From assembly GCA_000992305.1 (NCBI GenBank), contig LBTY01000007.1:28620-92619 (forward strand): a DNA stretch of 64,000 nucleotides, read 5' to 3'. Numbering within the stretch: the first letter of the stretch is position 1; each line of letters begins with the position of its first letter. The notes beneath the pieces were generated by a model. That model saw only the letters and a program-made list of their open reading frames with translations, ran no database searches and had not been told where the DNA came from. Below, one piece after another: positions 54,541-63,020 of the stretch. The stretch is from a candidate division TM6 bacterium GW2011_GWF2_38_10. GTDB taxonomy: Bacteria > Babelota > Babeliae > Babelales > RVW-14. The position numbers and the translations under genes are program-made.

Positions 54541-54742
54541 AAATAGACATTCCTTAATTAATGTTCTTATAATGCTTGGTTATTTTTTAACAGCTTAAAA
54601 TCATCATACACAAAAAAGAATAAATCAATGATAAGCTATGATAAAATACTCAACCACAATGGTCAAACGCATAGCATACCCCCTTTATAAAACATACATT
54701 TTTTAATAAAAAAGCTTCTTCTAGCACTGTATTTATTACAAC

Positions 54743-54770
54743 TTGACATTCCTCCCACATCGGGTACAAT
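54743..54770 (+). promoter_or_regulatory. candidate promoter for the 54834 gene
   Basis: TTGACA (54743-54748), 16-nt spacer, TACAAT (54765-54770). Confidence 0.45.
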
Positions 54771-54833
54771 TATAAAACATACCTACTTTAGTTTTGCTTA
54801 AACCAAAGTACTTAGTATAAAATGGGGGTTTTT

Positions 54834-55628
54834 ATGAATTTTATTAAAAATTGTACACTTTTTGCTATTATTTTTACCGTGACAAACGGATGTTATGCTC
54901 AACCTCATTACAAACATTATCACAAAAACAACAATGGTAATATGCATCATACCAAATATCAAAAAAAAGAATTATACCATAAAACTAAATGGGAACAACG
55001 TATTACATCAAAAAATCAACCAACACCTCAAAAAGCCCAATCATCAACATCACAGCAACCTACAGAACAATCTTCGTATAATGATTGTTCACGTGTAAAC
55101 GCACCATGCCTTTTGCTCATGCTGTTTCCCATTATTACTAGCGCAATCCCAACCCAATCGTTCGATACAAACTTTGAACAACAAGACACCCTTGTTTTTA
55201 AAAAATATAAAAATTGTTTTTGCAAAAATTATTCCCAACCCACGCAAGTAACATTTCTTCCCGCATCTGCAGGCGCTTATGCGTTTGAACAATGTTTTTG
55301 TTTGAAAAATAATAACAAAAAAGTAAAAACCACTGAAGCAATCCCGACCGCGCTTTTTCATAAATATTCAGGTATTATTGCCAAAAAAGTTGGTATGTAC
55401 TTTGTAAAGATCCTTTTTGTATCACCCATTGTTGGTGGCATAATGTTAGCAAAAAATAAATGTATGCCTATCATCATTGCGGCAAAAAATATGTTACTTC
55501 AAACTAACACCGCCATCACTGCCCCTGCTAAAAAAATAACCTTACAAATAAGCACCCCAGCGGCATTTGATTTTAATCCCAGCAAAATCATTGACTCAGC
55601 AGATCATGAAGCATGTCGAGCATTATAA
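54834..55628 (+). CDS. hypothetical protein with signal peptide, His/Asn/Lys-rich N-region and C-terminal hydrophobic segments
   Basis: MNFIKNCTLFAIIFTVTNGCYA signal, then QPHYKHYHKNNNGNMHHTKYQKK. The track ORF starts 4 codons earlier, at 54822. Confidence 0.5.
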   Translation: MNFIKNCTLFAIIFTVTNGCYAQPHYKHYHKNNNGNMHHTKYQKKELYHKTKWEQRITSKNQPTPQKAQSSTSQQPTEQSSYNDCSRVNAPCLLLMLFPIITSAIPTQSFDTNFEQQDTLVFKKYKNCFCKNYSQPTQVTFLPASAGAYAFEQCFCLKNNNKKVKTTEAIPTALFHKYSGIIAKKVGMYFVKILFVSPIVGGIMLAKNKCMPIIIAAKNMLLQTNTAITAPAKKITLQISTPAAFDFNPSKIIDSADHEACRAL

Positions 55629-55630
55629 TG

Positions 55631-56761
55631 TCACGAAAGCTCACGCCTGGCAAAATTAATAATAAAACCAACCATTGCAAAAACAGCCATGAGCGCTGAC
55701 CCTCCGTAACTCATAAAGGGAAGCCCTAAGCCCTTTGTTGGCAACAACCCCGTGGCAACCATAATGTTTATTACCGCTTGCAAGGTAATAAAAATCACAA
55801 ACCCGAGACTTGTAAAAAACGTAAATGGCTGCTTCATCGCCAAAGTTAAACGCAAGCCAAACCATAAAAAAAGAAAGAAAAGTAAAAGAATGCCTATTGA
55901 TCCTACAAACCCCATTTCCTCCGCAATAATAGGAAAAATAAAATCCGTATGCTGCATGGGCAAATAAAAAAATTTTTGTTTTGAATTTGAAATCCCCAAT
56001 CCCCACACACGCCCTGAGCCAATGGCAATAAGTGATTGAATAATCTGAAACCCTCTTCCCTGCGGATCAGACCATGGATTAAGAAATATCAAAATACGAT
56101 TCATGCGATATGCTTTTGATACAATGAGCACCACGGCAAGCGGCAGCGTTACCGCCAAAGTTGTTAATAAATGACTCATCTTAAAATTAGCAACAAAAAA
56201 AATAATCCCCGCCGTAATAAAAATAGTTACCACCGAACCAAAATCAGGTTGCTTTAAAAGTGCCACAAATGTTATCCCCAAAATACATAAAAAAGGAACA
56301 TATCCATACCACAATGAACGCACCGCACCTTTTTTTTTCTCAAGAAAAAAACCAATATACATAAAAAGAGCAACTTTAAGAAATTCACTCGGCTGTACAC
56401 TCATCCCTGCAATGTACAACCATCGATTAGAACCATGGCAACGCAATCCCAACCCGGGAACTAATGTTAATATGGTAAGTGCTAACGATCCTAAAAAAGC
56501 ATACGGCGCTAATCGACGGCACCATGCAATAGGAACATGGGCACAAACGATAAAAACACACAACGCAGCCAACACATACACAAACTGCCTAATCAAAAAA
56601 TAATGCGCTGCCCCAAACTTTTCTAATGCAAAAACCGAGCTCGACGAATACACAAACAATAATCCTATTGCCGTTAAAAGCGCAACAACCGATAAAAAAA
56701 TACGCATATCACGACGAACATAATTTTTTATTACCACAATCCAAACTCCTTTCCTACACAA
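55631..56761 (-). CDS. ftsW: SEDS family cell-division protein FtsW
   Basis: About 10 TM segments. PSEFLKV, QHTDFIFPIIAEEMGFVG, and GLPFMSYGGSA. It lies directly downstream of murD. Confidence 0.88.
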   Translation of the reverse strand: MCRKGVWIVVIKNYVRRDMRIFLSVVALLTAIGLLFVYSSSSVFALEKFGAAHYFLIRQFVYVLAALCVFIVCAHVPIAWCRRLAPYAFLGSLALTILTLVPGLGLRCHGSNRWLYIAGMSVQPSEFLKVALFMYIGFFLEKKKGAVRSLWYGYVPFLCILGITFVALLKQPDFGSVVTIFITAGIIFFVANFKMSHLLTTLAVTLPLAVVLIVSKAYRMNRILIFLNPWSDPQGRGFQIIQSLIAIGSGRVWGLGISNSKQKFFYLPMQHTDFIFPIIAEEMGFVGSIGILLLFFLFLWFGLRLTLAMKQPFTFFTSLGFVIFITLQAVINIMVATGLLPTKGLGLPFMSYGGSALMAVFAMVGFIINFARRELS

Positions 56762-56766
56762 CCACG

Positions 56767-58206
56767 TTATAAAAAAGCAGCGACCAATTTTTTAAAATGC
56801 TCCCCACGCTCATGATAATTTTTATACAAATCAAAACTTGTTCCGCTCGGTGAAAAAAGAACTTGATCACCAAAAGCTACAGATGCCATAAGATCATCAA
56901 AAACATCATCGAGCGTTGCATAACACGCAGCCCCAGCAGCAAATTCATGACACGCTGGCCCAAAACAATAAATCTTTTTTACTAAAGAAAGTCCTTGCAA
57001 AAGCTTAAGAAGCGGAGCTCTATCAACGCCCTTTCCTAGCCCTCCCAAAATAACAATGACCGGCCGAGCCCCCGCCGCAAGACGAGCTGCCGCTGCATAA
57101 GTCGATTGAATTACCGTTGCCTTTGAATCATTGTAAAAATCAACCCCACGAACAGTCGCTACCAATTCACATCGATCTTCATTTGCCAAGGTAAAAGAAG
57201 CCCCGCGCTCGCAAAACCAAGAATACAAGAAAGAAGACGAAACGCCAAGCCGATATAATGCTGCAAGCACGCATAACCAATTGTCCATGAATGTTAACGT
57301 TGACGAAAGATCAGAACTTGCCGCAAGCGGCGTATGGAAACCATTATGTTCAAAAACTACCTGACCATAAGCGCAATAAACCATCCCCGCACACATCCCT
57401 AACCGTTCAGCCGCCGTTACGCAACGAGATCGCTCAACATCCACAATAATAACATCGGCAAACAACTCATGCCAATAAGCAGCAATTATATCACCAACCT
57501 CACCCTCACACAAGCAAGCCGCCAGCAAGGCAGTCTGCCCTTTTTTTTGATGCCGCATAACATTCAATTTTGCCAACACATACGCGTGCATGGTTTTATG
57601 CCGATCAAGATGATTTGCAAAACAATTAGTCCACACAGCAATATCCGGCGCCCAGGTATGGTTATGCTCAAGCTGAAAGCTTGAAAGCTCCACAATAAAT
57701 GCCGAAAAATCATGCTCCCGCGCCGCAATATCAAGCATTCCAATACCAACATTGCCACCAATCGCCACCGGTAATTGCGCCACGCCTTGCCCCATTAACT
57801 GATCAGCCAATGCACCAAGTAGTCGAGTTATGGTTGTTTTGCCAAGCGAACCAGTAATCCCAACCGTTGGTAAACGATTACATGCAGCAAGCAGATCAAG
57901 CTCACACACTATGGCAGCATTGCACCAAGGATACGCCGAAAGATCAACCCCAGGGCTTGGCAAAATCCAATCTGCTTGAGTAAGAACTTGCTCAAGCGAA
58001 CTCGTTAAAGCATCACAAACCACGCCTCCAACGCTTTCAATTTCAGATCGTGCTTCATTTTTAAGCGGTTCTTTATCCCATACCATAAGATCAAATGGCT
58101 CTCCATGGCACCACCGCGTACTCATCACGTGCTTGCCATAGTCGCTTGTTAAAAACTGAACAAACGAACGCCCAACAACCCCATACCCAATAACTAAAAC
58201 AAGCAT
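56767..58206 (-). CDS. murD: UDP-N-acetylmuramoyl-L-alanine--D-glutamate ligase
   Basis: MLVLVIGYGVVGRS start with aggag SD (the track ORF extends to 58320, overlapping hldE). VGITGSLGKTT P-loop, and a C-terminal SFDLYKNYHERGEHF. Confidence 0.9.
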   Translation of the reverse strand: MLVLVIGYGVVGRSFVQFLTSDYGKHVMSTRWCHGEPFDLMVWDKEPLKNEARSEIESVGGVVCDALTSSLEQVLTQADWILPSPGVDLSAYPWCNAAIVCELDLLAACNRLPTVGITGSLGKTTITRLLGALADQLMGQGVAQLPVAIGGNVGIGMLDIAAREHDFSAFIVELSSFQLEHNHTWAPDIAVWTNCFANHLDRHKTMHAYVLAKLNVMRHQKKGQTALLAACLCEGEVGDIIAAYWHELFADVIIVDVERSRCVTAAERLGMCAGMVYCAYGQVVFEHNGFHTPLAASSDLSSTLTFMDNWLCVLAALYRLGVSSSFLYSWFCERGASFTLANEDRCELVATVRGVDFYNDSKATVIQSTYAAAARLAAGARPVIVILGGLGKGVDRAPLLKLLQGLSLVKKIYCFGPACHEFAAGAACYATLDDVFDDLMASVAFGDQVLFSPSGTSFDLYKNYHERGEHFKKLVAAFL

Positions 58207-58216
58207 AGAAAAGCTC

Positions 58217-59743
58217 CTATACAGTTGTTTCTCGACCTTTTTGAGCAGTCTCCATATTTTTGACAATCGTTGTTGTTGATCTGCCAGGAACATAATCAAT
58301 AACTTTAACGCTCCCCCCAAGCGCGGTTACATAGTCATGCCCAACAATTGTTTCAATTTTATAATCCCCACCCTTAACCAACACATCAGGATTTAAATAT
58401 TCAATAAGCTCACGCGGCGTATCCTGATCAAATGATACAACAAAATCCACCATACCTAGCGCCGCAACCAACGCTGCACGTTCTGCCAATTGATTAATCG
58501 GACGTCCCGGACCTTTACCCAGCCGACGAACCGACTCATCCGTATTTAATGCAACAACAAGAATATCCCCCAAGCGCTTGGCTTCTTTTAATAAGTGAAT
58601 ATGGCCCGAATGAAGAATGTCAAAACACCCGTTAGTAAAAACAACCCGTTTTTTGCCACGACGAATCCAGTCAATCTCAATTTTTAAACGAGTCCAATCG
58701 GAAAAAACTTTTTCAATGGGGTCAGCTTCACGATCAATCAACTCATCAAGGCTCACGGCATAAGTTTTTAAGTGAGAAACCGCAACAGCTGCCGCCCGAT
58801 TAGCAACTTGTAAACATTGCCCAATAGGCAATCCATTACTCAATGAAAAAGCAAGAAAAGCAAAAACCGTATCGCCAGCTCCTGTAAGGTCAAAAACCTC
58901 GCGCTTAAATACCGGACAATACAACGATGTCTGCTCATTAACAAACTGAATACCCTGCTCGCCAAGAGTTACAAATAAACCTTTAAGCCCAAGCTTTGCA
59001 CACAAAACCCGCCCTGCAACTTCAAGCGGCTCATGATCAGCTATATCAAAAAATCGCATCATTTGTTTAAATTCATGAATATTAGGTTTAATATAATCAA
59101 CCCCAAGATATTTACTAAAATCAGGACCTTTAGGATCAACTAATACCATACCTCCAAGCTCCGCAACACGCTGCACTACATATTCAATTAATTCACGAGT
59201 CACCACCCCTTTGGCATAATCAGAAATCAACACCGTAACGCCAGGACACAACCGTGCATTAAGCGCCGCACGCAAAGCGTGCTGCTCCTCAGCTAAAAGA
59301 GGCGATACAACCTCTTGGTCAACACGTAACAATTGATGACCTTTTACCATCATCCGCTTTTTACATGTTGTAACACGCTGCTCACTTTTTATTAAACCAC
59401 TTCCATCAATCCCAATTTCTCGGACCATTGACGCAAGACGTGCCCCAGCAGAATCAGAAGCTCCAACAACCCCCACCAAAGAAACATTAAACCCAATATG
59501 TTTGCAATTTGCAGCAACGTTAGCCGCCCCGCCCAAGCACCACTCTTTACTTTCTTGTTTTAATACAGGAACCGGGGCCTCTGGCGACACGCGTGAAACC
59601 GACCCAAACCAATATTCATCCAGCATAACATCGCCAAGTACAACAATTTCTTTAGTACTGCACGATTTGAGATAACTAACAATCTGTTTCATTTTTAATC
59701 CGTACAACCCCACATTGTTTGTTTTAATATCTTGATTATTCAT
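58217..59743 (-). CDS. hldE: bifunctional D-beta-D-heptose 7-phosphate kinase / heptose 1-phosphate adenylyltransferase
   Basis: N-terminal PfkB kinase (GGAANVAANCKHIG, DLTGAGDT) plus a C-terminal cytidylyltransferase (VVFTNGCFDILHSGHIHLLKEAKRLGDILVVALNTD). Confidence 0.9.
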   Translation of the reverse strand: MNNQDIKTNNVGLYGLKMKQIVSYLKSCSTKEIVVLGDVMLDEYWFGSVSRVSPEAPVPVLKQESKEWCLGGAANVAANCKHIGFNVSLVGVVGASDSAGARLASMVREIGIDGSGLIKSEQRVTTCKKRMMVKGHQLLRVDQEVVSPLLAEEQHALRAALNARLCPGVTVLISDYAKGVVTRELIEYVVQRVAELGGMVLVDPKGPDFSKYLGVDYIKPNIHEFKQMMRFFDIADHEPLEVAGRVLCAKLGLKGLFVTLGEQGIQFVNEQTSLYCPVFKREVFDLTGAGDTVFAFLAFSLSNGLPIGQCLQVANRAAAVAVSHLKTYAVSLDELIDREADPIEKVFSDWTRLKIEIDWIRRGKKRVVFTNGCFDILHSGHIHLLKEAKRLGDILVVALNTDESVRRLGKGPGRPINQLAERAALVAALGMVDFVVSFDQDTPRELIEYLNPDVLVKGGDYKIETIVGHDYVTALGGSVKVIDYVPGRSTTTIVKNMETAQKGRETTV

Positions 59744-59839
59744 AGAAAATTACCTAATTGTTGCCGCATTTTTTTATTTACAGTAACTTATGAGCTATAC
59801 TTATACCTTATTTTTTAAATAAAAAAAAGGAGCTTTCAT

Positions 59840-60460
59840 ATGAAATTACATATCTCTTATAATATTCCCGATCTGACCAAGGCACTCGAAATTGCCGAAC
59901 AAACCGCAGAATTTGCCGACATCATGGGAATAGGGTCTCTTCTTCTTTACAAAGAAGGCATAAAAGCAATCAAAACGTTCAAAAGCACATTTCCCAACAA
60001 AGATCTTTTTGTTGAGGCAAAAATAATAGAAAAAGCACCGGATGCTATTACTATGATGGCGCAAGCAGGCGCCCGTTACATTTCAGTCCTTGCTGGAGCT
60101 TTAAATAGTACCATAAAAAAGGCTGTCGAAACAGCAAAACTTTTTGATACACAAATTGCACTTGATCTTTTTGATGGTAAAGCAAATGGCCAAGCTGCAT
60201 ATGATGCAAAAGCAATGGGAATAGATATCCTTATTATGAATCGACTCCCCAACAAAATTGATGAGTTAACCGGATTATCAGCTGACTGGCCAAGCGTTCG
60301 AGAAAATACCAACCTTCCCATTTTTATCACGGGAAAAATTGATCGCTCAAATCTACAACAAATTATTGACCTAAAGCCTCAATGTATTATGATTGGTGCT
60401 GCTATAACAAAAGCAAGCTCTCCCTACCAAGAAGCTCAATACATTAAATCACTTTTATAA
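59840..60460 (+). CDS. OMP-decarboxylase-suprafamily protein, 3-hexulose-6-phosphate synthase / KGPDC-like, divergent active site
   Basis: 206 aa, co-linear with HxlA/UlaD-type proteins (ADIMGIGSLLLYKEGIKAIKTFKSTFPNKDLFVEAKIIE...ISVLAGALNSTIKKAVETAK). The DxKxxD block reads ExKxxE and the N-terminal ALD reads SYN. Confidence 0.65.
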   Translation: MKLHISYNIPDLTKALEIAEQTAEFADIMGIGSLLLYKEGIKAIKTFKSTFPNKDLFVEAKIIEKAPDAITMMAQAGARYISVLAGALNSTIKKAVETAKLFDTQIALDLFDGKANGQAAYDAKAMGIDILIMNRLPNKIDELTGLSADWPSVRENTNLPIFITGKIDRSNLQQIIDLKPQCIMIGAAITKASSPYQEAQYIKSLL

Positions 60461-60475
60461 TTACAAAGGAATTTT

Positions 60476-61069
60476 ATGACCTATACACTGTATAAGCCTA
60501 AGGAACAATTAAAGCCTCAAGGACTTACCAATATTAGCGATGCACAAATTAATGATCATTGGAATTTATATGTTGGATATGTCAATAATACCAATCAACT
60601 TAATACCGACTTGCAATCGCTTATCGCACAAAAAGCAAGTCCGCTCCTTATTGCAGATCGTCGCCGCCGCTATGGTTTTGAGTACAATGGCATGATTCTC
60701 CATGAATATTATTTTGAAAACCTCACATCGGCCGCCCCACAAAATCCAACCAACAATCTCGCACAAGCACTGCAAGCAACATGGGGCAGTATTGATGCTT
60801 GGAAAGAAGATTTTTGCAACACAGGAAAATCTCGCGGCATTGGGTGGGCTATTTTATACGGCGATCCTCTAACCAAAAATCTCACCAATCACTTTATTAT
60901 GGACCACGAAAACGGCCCAATCACTCACTTCAAGCCACTTTTAGTTATGGATGTTTGGGAACACGCATATATGGTAGACCACAACGCCGGAGGTCGCGCC
61001 AATTACATCCAGGCCTTTTTGGAAAATGTTTCCTGGCAAACCGTTGAGCAACGATTTGCCAATCTTTAA
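60476..61069 (+). CDS. sodB: Fe/Mn superoxide dismutase
   Basis: C-terminal metal-ligand motif DVWEHAYMVDH. The N-terminal helical hairpin carries DHWNLYVGYVNNTN. GWAIL is present. Confidence 0.88.
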   Translation: MTYTLYKPKEQLKPQGLTNISDAQINDHWNLYVGYVNNTNQLNTDLQSLIAQKASPLLIADRRRRYGFEYNGMILHEYYFENLTSAAPQNPTNNLAQALQATWGSIDAWKEDFCNTGKSRGIGWAILYGDPLTKNLTNHFIMDHENGPITHFKPLLVMDVWEHAYMVDHNAGGRANYIQAFLENVSWQTVEQRFANL

Positions 61070-62832
61070 TTACGTTTTTTCTTATCGAATTGATGTTGAA
61101 AAAGTGTAGCAATTTCTTGAACCGTCGTTGCATCTTCGGCATTTTTGTCAGGTCGATATCCCATAAATCGTGGGAACCGTAATGCAAAACCCATTGAAAC
61201 ATCAGACTTGCCAGCCGTATGCAACGGCGACAACGTTATTTCATCTGCGCGAATCATACATACAATCGCTGGAGTAACCCATACGTCTGGATACAATTCC
61301 TTAGCACAAGCAACACGCGCCGGCTTATGATCAATACGAATGTCATCACATTCTTTTTTTTGAGCCCGCCACTCGCCATCAGTCATTCCTGTCCCAATTT
61401 TTGCAATCGTTTGAAACATATCCATATCAGGATTATAAATCCCAACAAGTAACGCCCCGATACCAAACGCAGCACGCTTACCCTGCCCAAGATAGTAACC
61501 GAGAATCACACAATCAATGGTATCATCCAATGAGCCAGATTCTTCTCGTTTATACTTAATCCAATTAAAATTACGTTTTCCGGCTTGATAAATTGCATCG
61601 GTTCGCTTAACTACAACACCTTCAAGCCCTGCCGAAATATTTTGCTCAAAATAACTTTTGAGTAGCTGCCCACTCGTAATCACCACTTCTTCTATAGGAA
61701 ACATAACCTCTTGCTTGCTTACTTCCTTGCCCGCAAACAATTTCTCTAATGCTAATCGACGATCAGTATGGGGCTGCTCAAGCAATGAATCCCCATTAAG
61801 ATAAAGTATATCAAAAAAATAAAGTCGTAATGGATAATCCTGCATAACCTTATCAATGCCATGTTTGCGTTTTCTTTTTACCGTTTCTTGAAACGGTAAA
61901 AAGCTCCCTGTTTGTAAATCATACGAAATTGCCTCGCCCTCAATAATTGCCGATTCAACCGGCAAGCATAGCGCAACCTCTTTAAGATCAGGAAACATAG
62001 ATGACATATCTTGCAAATTACGTGAAAAAAAGAAAATATGCGGTTCATGACCAGTTTTATCAATATGAACCTGTAACCGAAATCCATCAAGTTTCGGTTG
62101 CGCAACACATTTGCCAAGTTTTGCCACAATAGCTGCCGCATCATCCATACGTTCTGCTGCCGCAGGACGAATCGGTATACCAGGTTGTATTGTTATTTTT
62201 TCAAGCCCAACAGATCCATCTTTTTTTATAACGCTCGCCAAAAAACCAATGTCTGCACATAAATTATAGGCATTTTCAAGAGCCTCACGAAGAGATTTAT
62301 CACCTCGCGTCATAAAAGAAAACGCATCAAGGAGCGTCATATCAGAAAAACCAAGTCGCAGCTTACCCAAAATAATACGAACAACAAACTTTGCAGAAAT
62401 AGAATCTAAAGAACGAATAAGTTGCTCAACAAGATCCTCTTTTACCTCTTGCGAACCAACCCCTGAAATATTATGAATATGAACCAAAAGCGCATTAACA
62501 TTTAAGATAGTAAGCGGCTCCTCAACAATGCTACCCCAACCCCCTTGAGCAACAAGCAATCCATAATCACCCACATTTTGCAAATCTTCTTTTACCTGCG
62601 CAATCTCAACCCCTTTAATCCGCGCAATAACCTTAAGTAAGCTTTTTTCGGCAATATTAAATTGCGTTCCAATATAGGGAGGGTTCAAACAGCCAAGAGC
62701 CATATATGAAATTATCGCGGACTCGGCTGCCGTTGCTGATTTAAAAAGATCCGCTAACAATGCCGTCATTGCATTTCGAGATGGCTCACGCTCGATAAGC
62801 TCAAAAACTCCAGCAAGTTCCTTGAATAACAT
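61066..62832 (-). CDS. ATP-dependent DNA ligase, Lig1/archaeal-type with N-terminal DNA-binding domain
   Basis: 588 aa. Motif I AQPKLDGFR, motif III IIEGEAISYD, IIIa YFFDILYLNG, IV LEGVVVKR, V NWIKYKRE, and VI LRFPRFMGYRPDK. Confidence 0.9.
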   Translation of the reverse strand: MLFKELAGVFELIEREPSRNAMTALLADLFKSATAAESAIISYMALGCLNPPYIGTQFNIAEKSLLKVIARIKGVEIAQVKEDLQNVGDYGLLVAQGGWGSIVEEPLTILNVNALLVHIHNISGVGSQEVKEDLVEQLIRSLDSISAKFVVRIILGKLRLGFSDMTLLDAFSFMTRGDKSLREALENAYNLCADIGFLASVIKKDGSVGLEKITIQPGIPIRPAAAERMDDAAAIVAKLGKCVAQPKLDGFRLQVHIDKTGHEPHIFFFSRNLQDMSSMFPDLKEVALCLPVESAIIEGEAISYDLQTGSFLPFQETVKRKRKHGIDKVMQDYPLRLYFFDILYLNGDSLLEQPHTDRRLALEKLFAGKEVSKQEVMFPIEEVVITSGQLLKSYFEQNISAGLEGVVVKRTDAIYQAGKRNFNWIKYKREESGSLDDTIDCVILGYYLGQGKRAAFGIGALLVGIYNPDMDMFQTIAKIGTGMTDGEWRAQKKECDDIRIDHKPARVACAKELYPDVWVTPAIVCMIRADEITLSPLHTAGKSDVSMGFALRFPRFMGYRPDKNAEDATTVQEIATLFQHQFDKKKRN

Positions 62833-62882
62833 AAATAAACCCTATCAAGTAAAATTCATCTCCATGAAGACCTATCATACTA

Positions 62883-62918
62883 AAAAAAATTCCGCCTCAT
62901 CTTGACGATAAAGCGGAA
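62883..62918 (-). terminator. possible terminator after the CAU tRNA
   Basis: Read on the minus strand: ttccgc, 17-nt loop, gcggaa, then T8. The stem is short and the loop long. Confidence 0.3.
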
Positions 62919-62929
62919 CGTGTAATTTT

Positions 62930-63006
62930 TGGTAGCGGCACTGGGATTCGAACCCGGGACCTACGGATTATGATTCCGTCGCTCTAACCAACTGAGCTAT
63001 GCCGCC
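62930..63006 (-). tRNA. tRNA with anticodon CAU (elongator Met or lysidine-dependent Ile2), CCA encoded
   Basis: Reverse complement GGCGGCA-TA-GCTC-AGTTGGTTA-GAGC-G-ACGGA-ATCATAA-TCCGT-AGGTC-CCGGG-TTCGAAT-CCCAG-TGCCGCT-A-CCA. It has a G1-U72 wobble and one C-A mismatch in the T stem. It lacks the initiator signatures: it has neither the C1xA72 mismatch nor the 3 GC pairs in the anticodon stem. Confidence 0.85.
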
Positions 63007-63020
63007 ATACAATACAACCT

